This document shows positions 42,922 to 51,974 of a DNA stretch of 64,000 nt, piece by piece (positions within the stretch are counted from its first letter, which is position 1; each line of letters begins with the position of its first letter). A program made the translations under genes and the position numbers. The notes beneath the pieces were generated by a model that saw nothing but the letters and a program-made list of their open reading frames with translations, searched no databases and was not told the DNA's origin. The DNA comes from Epithemia pelagica (taxonomy: Eukaryota > Protista > Bacillariophyta), in assembly GCA_946965045.2 (NCBI GenBank), contig OX337237.1, forward strand, positions 992,001 through 1,056,000, written 5' to 3'.

Positions 42922-42993
42922 GCCGCAGTGGTTTAGCTGGTAAACGTTTCCTGTTGGCTCGTGGTGCCAGGGGTTCGAGTCCCCTCAGACTCA
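42922..42993 (+). ncRNA. tRNA-like element with Pol III A and B boxes inside the retrotransposon leader (not a functional tRNA)
   Basis: A box TGGTTTAGCTGG (42929-42940), D arm GTTT-AGCTGGT-AAAC, T arm AGGGG-TTCGAGT-CCCCT (42969-42985), tRNA-like spacing. Acceptor and anticodon stems do not pair. Confidence 0.6.
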
Positions 42994-43674
42994 GCTTTAA
43001 GTTAAGACTCCCAATTTCTGGGGGCCGCCATATTTGGGGTGTATGGTACAAGACGTTTCCCCGCTGGTTAAAAGTGCATGTTCTTCTCAAGGGTGGCCGA
43101 TCAACCCCGGTCGACTGGGGTTCACCGCCTTGTACATACGCTATATGCCAATGCACGGGGGAACTAGTATGTTTTTTTTTTGTCTAACTCACCAACTATG
43201 CTAGCTAAGCTATGCAACATGTGAAACTCCTTGGAGTCTTGCTCTCTGCCTTTTGCCCGTACTGGCAGCGGCTGATCACCGCTTGGGAGTGTTCGCGCTA
43301 AGCTACTCGTCACGGTATGCTTGCGGCACTACTTATAGTTCACACTCGTGATGTGTGACCCATGGCACTCTCCCACGTGACGGGGAGCACTCGCTTAAGT
43401 GAGCGATTGTTTTGGTAATCTTTTCTCCATACATGAAAATATAGATACCTCCTTTTGCACTGTGCCGACGCACACGTCCTAAGTATTTGTTCTCTGCCGA
43501 CTGCAGCGCAAACGCAAGTCGACACTACTTGTGCACCTTAATTCCAGGTAGAATCGCGAAATCTGCGATCTGCATCACCTTTTGGCAATGCCTCCACACT
43601 TCTGTGTTTTTGCCTGTGTTTTGCTCTGAACCTCTCCTGCTTCTGGCTCTCTTGCTTTCCTTTTGCCTTCCACC

Positions 43675-45213
43675 ATGTCTTCATCCACTGCCCCTGAAAA
43701 TCCCAAGGAAGATTTCAAGGCTGCCGTTAAACGCTGTGGATACAATGATGCCACCGTGACCTACATCATTGAGCAGGGTTTTGATGATGCTCAATCGTTC
43801 ATGACTGTTGCGGTCCATCAAGTGCCGTCGATGTTGAAGATGATGGCGAAGACCCCTCCAGAGAACGGGGCCTTTCCCTTCAGTGCTAACCTGCAGCTCC
43901 ACGGCTTCCGAATGTGGCTTGAATACCGTTCGTCTCGTGGTCAGGCTCTTAAAGTCTCACTTTTCTCTGATCCGCCCCTGATCAAGAAATGGACCAAACG
44001 TACCCAGGAACTGTTTGCACTCAACAAGGAAGTTGCCTCCGATGAACTGACCCCACCGAAAGAGTTGACTTCGTTTACTCAGTGGGAAGTGTTTAACGAT
44101 GCCTTGCTCACGTTCCTCGCACAGCATCGCAATCCCACAACGGGTGTCCCCTTGACATACGTCCTTCGTGAAACTAAGCCTGTTGGTTCTGAAGCAAGGA
44201 ATGCTGCCTACGATACTATCGATGACGATTTGATTGCTACTACTATCCTGCAAGGTGATCAGTATGCCCTTGACAATCAACGCGTCTTCACACTGATGAA
44301 ACCTTTTCTTGTTGGCGGACCTGGCCTGACGTTCATCAAGCCACACCAGAAGAAGAAGGACGGCCGTGAAGCGTATCTTGCGTTGACTCGCCAAGCTACT
44401 GGAACAGCAGCTGTCACCATCCGCAAGAAAGAAGCATACGCTGCTATTGCCGACGCAAAGTTTACAGGCCGCGGTCGTTTCTCGTATCAACAATATGTTC
44501 ATCGCCATCAGAAAGCTCATAATACGTTGGCTGAACTTGATGAACCCGTTGCCGAAACCAAAAAGGTAACCGATTTCCTCAAAGGTATATCGGATCCCTC
44601 TTTGGCGGCGGGAAAGACGGTCGTCAACGGTGACGCAGCAAAGCTTTCTGATTTTGAAGCATGCCAGCAGTATTTTGGCACGTTGATTGCTGCATCCCGT
44701 ACCGACAAGACCAATGACGAGAATCGAAAGATTGCTGGTGTGGGTACGACTAAGACTAGTGGAAAGAAGAATGGTCGTAACAAGCAGAATAAAAAGAAGA
44801 CGCGTCATTACAGTTTGGATGAATGGCGCAAGCTCTCTGATGAAGAGAAGGCCGAAATCCTCCGTGCCCGTAAAGAACAGAAAGACGCTAATGGAAAGCG
44901 CAAGGCCGGAGCCGTGCGCACTGAAGATGAAAATGGCTCTCGCAAGTTGAGTAAAACTGAAACTCCAAAGTCCGATGACATGAAATTGGAGACCATTGAC
45001 CTGGATGGCGACGACGCGCCGAACCATTCCGAGCCTGATCCTCCTGTTGCTGATGAACCGACTGTTCCCAAAACCTCAGCCGGAAACAGTTTCGGACGCT
45101 TTGCCCATAGTAAAAAAGGATCTACAAAGCCGCACAACCCTGACGAAACCAAGGAGCCTACAACTGCCGTTGCGAAAGCTGCCCTTGCTGATAAGGCCAC
45201 AAAGCAGACCTGA
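43675..45213 (+). CDS. gag: gag of third Copia
   Basis: ATG 43675; homologous to outer Gag (PLTYVLRE, GREAYLAL, FSYQQYVHRH, YSLDEWRKLSDEEK); ends in TGA. Confidence 0.9.
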   Translation: MSSSTAPENPKEDFKAAVKRCGYNDATVTYIIEQGFDDAQSFMTVAVHQVPSMLKMMAKTPPENGAFPFSANLQLHGFRMWLEYRSSRGQALKVSLFSDPPLIKKWTKRTQELFALNKEVASDELTPPKELTSFTQWEVFNDALLTFLAQHRNPTTGVPLTYVLRETKPVGSEARNAAYDTIDDDLIATTILQGDQYALDNQRVFTLMKPFLVGGPGLTFIKPHQKKKDGREAYLALTRQATGTAAVTIRKKEAYAAIADAKFTGRGRFSYQQYVHRHQKAHNTLAELDEPVAETKKVTDFLKGISDPSLAAGKTVVNGDAAKLSDFEACQQYFGTLIAASRTDKTNDENRKIAGVGTTKTSGKKNGRNKQNKKKTRHYSLDEWRKLSDEEKAEILRARKEQKDANGKRKAGAVRTEDENGSRKLSKTETPKSDDMKLETIDLDGDDAPNHSEPDPPVADEPTVPKTSAGNSFGRFAHSKKGSTKPHNPDETKEPTTAVAKAALADKATKQT

Positions 45214-48200
45214 GGCTGTGTGCCCAGTGATGAAATTGATAAAACGAATCTTATCCGTCCACATTTCTCACTTGTAGGCACCCCTACCTTCAGCTTAGCC
45301 TTTGCACACCGTTTATGTGCTGCCGTATCACAGTCCCATACCACTGATCTGATTGATCTGACATGTGAAATGGACTCGCATGCTGACACTTGTTGTGTTG
45401 GTCGCAACTTTGTGAAATTCAGGGAACCTGACCGTTACATCACTGTTTCCCCATTCTCAGAGGAATATAAACCCCTCGAGCGTATCCCCGTCACCACAAC
45501 CGCCACTGTCTGGACTGATGCCCACAACAATAGTTATCTATTGCTGTTTCACGAGTCGTTATTCTTCGGGGACCGATTGTCCCAATCATTGATTTGTCCC
45601 AATCAACTGCGTTCAAACGGCCTCATTGTCCATGATGTGCCGCGTCAGTTTGACCCTTACAGCACACACAGCATTCGTATTCCCGATGCTGACCTGACCA
45701 TTCCTCTAGAAATGTCCGGTGTTATCTCTGGCTTCGCGACCACGAAGCCAACCCCGGAGGAGCTCGAGTCGCTCCCACGGATAGTCATGACTGCTGATTC
45801 GGTGTGGCACCCTCATTCGTCCACCTTTGCTGCCGCGGAGGAGAAAGCCAATGCATCCAATGCATCTGCTGTCCGCCAAGTTGATCCGAATTCGATTGCC
45901 GCATCCTGTGTCCCGCGATTGGTTGCTGCCGTCCGATCATACGACGACACCTATGGCTATTGCATGGAACTTGAGAATGACGAGGATGAACTATGCAACC
46001 GCTTAGTTGCTGCCGTTCGAGTGTCCCATCCACCAAGTGCCGAGGACACTGTGGACATTGAGGACCTTGATCCCGACGAATACTTTCTCAAAGCCGTTAA
46101 GTCTGCTTCGTCACGACCAACGAAAGCCGTAAAAGTCTTGCCATCTTCTTCTAAGACTGTACTTGATCCCCAGACCTTGTCTTCTCGATGGAATGTCGGC
46201 CTAACTAAGGCCAAGAAGACTTTACAAGTGACAACCCAGGCTGGGGTCCGAAATGTCCTTGTCCCATCTGAACGCAAGGTTCGAAAGAAAGCTCCATGGC
46301 TCAAATTCCCGAATGTCAAGGGACGATGGTTTTGCGACGAGATGTTCTCCAAGTGCCCATCGCTTGATCTTCTCACGGGTGCTTCCGTATTTACTGATGG
46401 AAAGGGCTATGATTTTGTCTATCCCTGGAAATCAAAGAAGCAACACCCTGAAGGTCTGATGTCCCTTATCCAGAATGTCGGAATTCCTCAGACGTTAATT
46501 TCTGATGGTGCGCAAGAGCTATTTCATGGACGTTCTCGTGAGATCTGTAATGAGTACCGTATCAAACAAGAAGTGACCGTCCCATACAGTCAATGGCAGA
46601 ATGCCGCGGAAGCGAGCATCCGTGAGTTGAAGAAAGGTGTTATTAGGAAGTTACGTCAAACTGGTGCACCACGACGCACATGGTCCTATGCGCTGAAGTG
46701 GGTTGCCTCTGTCCGCCAGTTAACTGCCTCTGATATCCCTGAACTTAATGGACGAACGCCATTTGAACACGTTCTTGGATCGACACCCGACATCTCTCCC
46801 ATGGCTTTGTTTGATTTCTATCAACCTGTATACTATTATACGCCGTCGCATGACTTCCCTCATGAGCGTAAATGTATTGGGCGCTGGCTTGGTCTTGCCG
46901 ATGACTGTATTGATGACATGGCCTTCAACGTCTTGACAGAGAAAGGTCGAGTTATTGTCCGAAAAGATGTGTGGGCAATCCCTGACGACGATATGAAAAA
47001 TCCCACAATCCGTCAACAACTGGAAGTCTATGATGGTCTTATCAAGACTCTCCTTGTGGATACATCGCCGTCCTCCGATGAAGATGCCGCCAACGTTTCC
47101 CCTGATCCACCCGATGATTTCTTTGGAGAAGACGAAAGCGAATCTCTCTTTCCTGCTGCTCTTGACTCCGATACACCTCTCCCTGATGCTGACGATTACA
47201 CTCCGGAGGAGTTAGACGAATATCTCACAGCCGAAGTCATGCTGCCGCATGGCGGGGACCAGGCCAGAGCCAAGATCATAGGCCGCTCCAAAGATGAACA
47301 TGGCCGACCAATTGGCAAACGTGATCCAAATCCAATCTTAGACACACGTTTCTATGACGTGCTGTATCCCGATGGATCGACCGAATCTCTTGCTGCCAAT
47401 CTCATTGCCGAAAACCTTTACTCTCAAGTCGACACTGAGGGCAACTCCTATGCCATTGTAAAGGATATCATTGGACATCGCAAAACCAAGGACGCTGTCC
47501 TCCGAACGGATCCGGACTGGTTGAATGGCCGTAAACGCCATACAACCGTTGGTTGGGAACATGAGTGTGAACTCTCCGATGGTTCTACTGTTTGGATCCC
47601 TCTCAAAGATCTCAAAAACGATTCGCCTGTACAACTAGCCGAATATGCTGTTGCGGCGGGGCTTGCCAAAGAACCGGCCTATGCCTGGTGGGTTCCACAT
47701 ACGTTACGCAAACGTGGTGTGATTCTTGCGAAAGTAAAATCTCGCTATTGGAAACGTACCCACAAATATGGTATTGAACTGCCCAAAACCGTTCAAGAAG
47801 CTCTTGAGATTGATCGTCGAACGGGGACTGATTTCTGGCGGAAAGCCATCGAAAAGGAGATGAAAAATGTTCGCATTGCCTTTGAATTCCGTGATGATGA
47901 CAAAGTACCAATTGGATACAAACATATCCCATGTCATATGGTCTTTGATATCAAGTCTGATCTTCGCCGTAAAGCCCGACTGGTTGCCGGTGGGCATAAG
48001 ACTGATCCACCAAAGGAATCCACGTACTCCAGTGTTGTATCCCGTGATAGCGTACGAATTGCATTCACTATCGCTGCCCTTAATGGCCTGGACGTGTTGG
48101 CCGGGGACGTACAAAATGCATACCTCAATGCACCAACAAAAGAGCGAACTTATATTACGGCGGGACTAGAATTTGGTCCCGAAAACGTTGGCCGACCTGC

Positions 48201-49470
48201 ACTGATTGTTCGTGCTCTGTATGGTTTGAAGAGTTCTGCTGCTCGTTGGCGTGATCACATTGCCGCAACACTTCGTGAAATGAAGTTCAACAGTTGCTTG
48301 GCTGACCCTGATGTCTGGCTTCGACCTCAAGTCCGACCATCTGATGGGTTCCAATACTATGAGTATGTACTTGTCTACATAGACGACATACTCTGTGTCA
48401 GTCATGATCCACGATCGATCATGAATGATCTGGAAAAACGGTATACAATCAAACCCGAGAGTATTAAAGACCCAGACGAATACTTGGGATCTGAGATTCG
48501 ACACTATACCATACCAGATACTGACGATCCTGAGAACAAACCCCGATGGGCCATGTCCTCCGACAAATATGTTAAACGTGCCATATCTGAAATTGAGACC
48601 GAACTGTCTAAAGTTGGCCAAAAGCTACAGACACGAGTCTCGACTCCGCTTGCCACTGGGTATCGTCCTGAGATCGACTCATCTCCTGAACTGGACCCCC
48701 GACGTGCAAATTACTATCAGGGACTAATTGGTATCCTTCGTTGGGTTGTGGAACTTGGTCGTATCGATATCATTGTTGCCGTATCACAACTGTCCCGATA
48801 TCTAGCCATGCCACGTGAAGGACACCTCGAACAAGCCTTGCACATTTTTGCATACCTAAAAGCGCATGGACGTTCCACCCTAGTGTTCGACGACACAACT
48901 CCGACCTTCGACGAGGATCGTTTCTTCCAGGCAGACTGGTCTGAATACTACCCTGATGCTAGTGACCCTTTGCCGCCCAATATGCCACCACCTCGTGGAC
49001 GGGCTGTTACCACAACTTGTTTTGTTGATGCCGATCACGCTGGTTGTCTTGCTACGCGTCGCTCACAAACTGGTATTCTTATGTTCTTACAACGAGCACC
49101 TATCTTGTGGTATTCCAAGCGACAGAGTACTGTTGAGACATCAACATTTGGCTCCGAATTTGTCGCAATGAAGACTGCCATCGAACAGATAGAGGGTTTC
49201 CGTTACAAGTTGAGAATGATGGGCATTCCACTTGATGGCGAAACCAATGTGTTCTGTGATAATGAATCTGTGTTCAAGAGTGCAACCATGCCTGAAGTCA
49301 CTCTGAAGAAGAAACACAATGCGATTGCTTACCATCGCACACGTGAGGCACAAGCCGCCAACATCGTGCGTATCGCCTGGGAAGAAGGTGAAACCAATCT
49401 TGCAGACCTGCTGACAAAATCGTTACCAGGACCCCGATTGCGTTTTCTAGCACAACGTGTTTTGTGGTGA
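45214..49470 (+). CDS. pol: pol of third Copia (PR-IN-chromo-like-RT-RH), in frame with gag after one TGA
   Basis: EMDSHADT protease; WFCDEMF / LISDGA / QNAAEAS (DDE); RT LVYIDDIL; RH FVDADHAG, FCDNES, NLADLLTK; no internal stops. Confidence 0.92.
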   Translation, partial: GCVPSDEIDKTNLIRPHFSLVGTPTFSLAFAHRLCAAVSQSHTTDLIDLTCEMDSHADTCCVGRNFVKFREPDRYITVSPFSEEYKPLERIPVTTTATVWTDAHNNSYLLLFHESLFFGDRLSQSLICPNQLRSNGLIVHDVPRQFDPYSTHSIRIPDADLTIPLEMSGVISGFATTKPTPEELESLPRIVMTADSVWHPHSSTFAAAEEKANASNASAVRQVDPNSIAASCVPRLVAAVRSYDDTYGYCMELENDEDELCNRLVAAVRVSHPPSAEDTVDIEDLDPDEYFLKAVKSASSRPTKAVKVLPSSSKTVLDPQTLSSRWNVGLTKAKKTLQVTTQAGVRNVLVPSERKVRKKAPWLKFPNVKGRWFCDEMFSKCPSLDLLTGASVFTDGKGYDFVYPWKSKKQHPEGLMSLIQNVGIPQTLISDGAQELFHGRSREICNEYRIKQEVTVPYSQWQNAAEASIRELKKGVIRKLRQTGAPRRTWSYALKWVASVRQLTASDIPELNGRTPFEHVLGSTPDISPMALFDFYQPVYYYTPSHDFPHERKCIGRWLGLADDCIDDMAFNVLTEKGRVIVRKDVWAIPDDDMKNPTIRQQLEVYDGLIKTLLVDTSPSSDEDAANVSPDPPDDFFGEDESESLFPAALDSDTPLPDADDYTPEELDEYLTAEVMLPHGGDQARAKIIGRSKDEHGRPIGKRDPNPILDTRFYDVLYPDGSTESLAANLIAENLYSQVDTEGNSYAIVKDIIGHRKTKDAVLRTDPDWLNGRKRHTTVGWEHECELSDGSTVWIPLKDLKNDSPVQLAEYAVAAGLAKEPAYAWWVPHTLRKRGVILAKVKSRYWKRTHKYGIELPKTVQEALEIDRRTGTDFWRKAIEKEMKNVRIAFEFRDDDKVPIGYKHIPCHMVFDIKSDLRRKARLVAGGHKTDPPKESTYSSVVSRDSVRIAFTIAALNGLDVLAGDVQNAYLNAPTKERTYITAGLEFGPENVGRPALIVRALYGLKSSAARWRDHIAATLREMKFNSCLADPDVWLRPQVRPSDGFQYYEYVLVYIDDILCVSHDPRSIMNDLEKRYTIKPESIKDPDEYLGSEIRHYTIPDTDDPENKPRWAMSSDKYVKRAISEIETELSKVGQKLQTRVSTPLATGYRPEIDSSPELDPRRANYYQGLIGILRWVVELGRIDIIVAVSQLSRYLAMPREGHLEQALHIFAYLKAHGRSTLVFDDTTPTFDEDRFFQADWSEYYPDASDPLPPNMPPPRGRAVTTTCFVDADHAGCLATRRSQTGILMFLQRAPILWYSKRQSTVETSTFGSEFVAMKTAIEQIEGFRYKLRMMGIPLDGETNVFCDNESVFKSATMPEVTLKKKHNAIAYHRTREAQAANIVRIAWEEGETNLADLLTKSLPGPRLRFLAQRVLW

Positions 49471-49624
49471 TTACATGATCGAATTCATTGTCCTCACACC
49501 CCTCTTTTATTGTCCGAATAGACACCCCTCTTAATTGAGAAAAAATAGTCCTGATGGACCGGCCTCTGCTGAAACAAGTCGTGGGCGACCTAGTCGAAAT
49601 GCTTCCGATCTAGCTCGCGGGGAC

Positions 49625-49798
49625 TGAATAAATCCCGCCAACAGGTCGCATATTGGCGGATACATGGTCGCATATTGGCGAATATGCATCGCCTACATAT
49701 GCTGCTACGCATCTAGTTTTCTAGTCATAATTTTGGTCTAGCCACTTGTTGCACGCCGTATACACCGTGTTGTAGCGTGTAGTGGCAGGATTTATACA
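49625..49798 (+). repeat. 3' LTR of third Copia
   Basis: Identical to 42724-42897. Confidence 0.95.
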
Positions 49799-50153
49799 TT
49801 TTGGTGAGCATGAGCACCAAAATCGCGCTTTCGCGCGTCGATAGAATGGGCCCCGCAGTGCATGCGATCACGCGTGACTCACTCACATGCTTGGGGGTAT
49901 GTGGCTCCTGAATACGACGGATACTGAACTCAGCCGTCCTATACCGCCTTGGCGGTTTCAACTAATGGTGGAGGGTGGTTGAGGCGGAGTATTGGGGAGT
50001 TCGATTATGTCTGTCGGTACTCGGGGGAGTAAACTTTCTGGTGGGGGGATGAAAAATCCATTTGACAATGACATTGCGGAGACCTGGCAGTGGCCGAACA
50101 GCGATTAGTCTCTCGCTGTGACAATCTGTTGGTATTGAAGGAGGCTGATCGCT

Positions 50154-51660
50154 TTGGCGAAGAGTAAGGAGGAGTTGGCGAAGAGAAGACGATCGGTGGA
50201 GCTTTGCTTCTGGACACAGAAATGCAAGCTTGTTTGCGACGGGAACGACACGTCTCACCGGGGCTCGCACACGGTTGTACAGAGCGACAATCACCAGTTT
50301 CAGATTCGTCAAGTTCCAATCACTGAAGCGAATACTTTAGCGTCGCAACTCGTGGCCATGATTGAATCAGGGTCCATTCTTGGACATCGCACTCATTCAC
50401 GAATGAAAAACGTTGAATCAGAACCAGGCCGTTTCAACGTTTTTCCTGCGTAAATGAGTACGACGTTCAAGAACGGACTCATGCGGCCTTGGGGGATGCA
50501 GTTACCATAATTTGTAACGCACTACTCTCCACGCGTGTTTCCACACACGGATCTATAAAGCTTCATCTGCGACGTGAAGCTCAGTTGGACTCCAATCGTT
50601 TGGATCATGCCGTCGTGTACGAAGCAATGGCTGGCCTTTCGATTTTCGAAGAAGAAAAAAAAACGGTAAAAGAACCTCCAATGACACCTCCCTCGAATTC
50701 GTGAAAGGCCAACTTCACACCCAGCTTTCGGCCATAGCTGCGTTTGGTCATCCGAAGTTGAGACAGAACCCCTCTTGATCCGAATCTTTTGGGGCAATCA
50801 CTACCTTTATAATGAAAGAAGAATGGATGATAACACAAGAAGGGTTTTGTCTCAACATCGCGGCTGTTTGGAAGATTTGGCTGGTGCAGTTCAACGAGAC
50901 CACACTAATATCCCGCTTGACGGAAAGATGACACAAAGCCCTGTCAAGACTCTACGATCCGAGACTTCCTTGGGCATTTCTCCAACTCAGAGCGACATGG
51001 CCAGACTGAGAAAGCTTTCATTAAATGTCGACTGACAACAAGTCACAAAAAAGATGAGTCCACATTAAATGAAAGCTTGCTCGAAATGATCGATGGGATT
51101 TCACAAAACAAAGGCCGCGCTCGTCGAACTCGAAAAAGGCTATCTGCTGAACAAACGAGTCATCAGAATGGATGGGAAAGGTTTGGCACCTGGAACGCTC
51201 AATGTCAGTGGAAATCCAGCTCAAGCACCGTCGTTGGTTAGCAGGTTGGGTTGGGTGGAAGGAAGGTTGAAAGTCATACCTTTTTCCTAACCGATTTTTT
51301 GGACTCCGGTTTGACTTCAAAGGCATTCAGAGCAGTCATCGAAAATGGTGATGAATGCGTTGTGAAAGCCGTTGTTCGGCGATACAAAGACAACAACAAA
51401 AAGATCCCATCAAAGGAATTCAAGCACATTGTGCTTGATTTTCTTTGTTGGGGTCTTCTTGTGGTTTCCATGATTTTTTTAACACATTCAACATCGCTCT
51501 AGTGAATATGCGCGTAAAGTACGAGAACATTGTTGAAGCAGTGATTTACTGCCAAGAATCTCAAGTCTAAGAAAGCGGACCGTGTCTGGTGCCATGTGGG
51601 ACCGTTTGGTGAGATAATCTTCCTGTTCGATCTGGCGGATATGGAATTGTTTGATAGAGG
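50154..51660 (+). pseudogene. Degraded gene relic with kinase-like fragments
   Basis: Short + strand ORF pieces in shifting frames, including FLDSGLTSKAFRAVIENGDECVVK (Gly-loop/VAIK-like) and IFLFDLADME (DFG-like). Confidence 0.3.
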
Positions 51661-51974
51661 CAGTAGTAGGACCGTCATCATGGAATGATGGAGGATGTGG
51701 ACAATGAGCAACGCATTGCTCCACAAGGACGCTGCTTGTTGATACTCTTTTACTAGATGTGCTTTCTGGCTACACACAAACACATGCGAGAGCAAGTATC
51801 CACCCTTTGATGGGCAGCTCTGAGTTTTGCGCTGCTGAGAGATGCAACGCTCAGAACCTTCCTCATTGAGCCGATGCTGTCCAGTGGGCGGTTGATACAC
51901 TCAAGTCGCTACTGGATCAGAACTGTACCCAGCTGCTCGTAGGCTGGAAAGTGATTGGTCCATTTCACGTATCG

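Larger units (their letters stand above)
42724..49798 (+). mobile_element. Ty1/Copia LTR retrotransposon 'third' (CoDi-like), apparently intact and recent
   Basis: Identical 174-bp LTRs TGAATAAATCC...GGATTTATACA, 4-bp TSD tttt (42720-42723 / 49799-49802), PBS-like motif, uninterrupted gag and pol, G-rich PPT before 49625. Confidence 0.97.

Noticed and set aside
42922-42993. Functional tRNA gene
   Set aside because: Acceptor stem (gccgcag vs cagactc) and anticodon stem (tttcc vs tcgtg) do not pair; kept only as a tRNA-like element.
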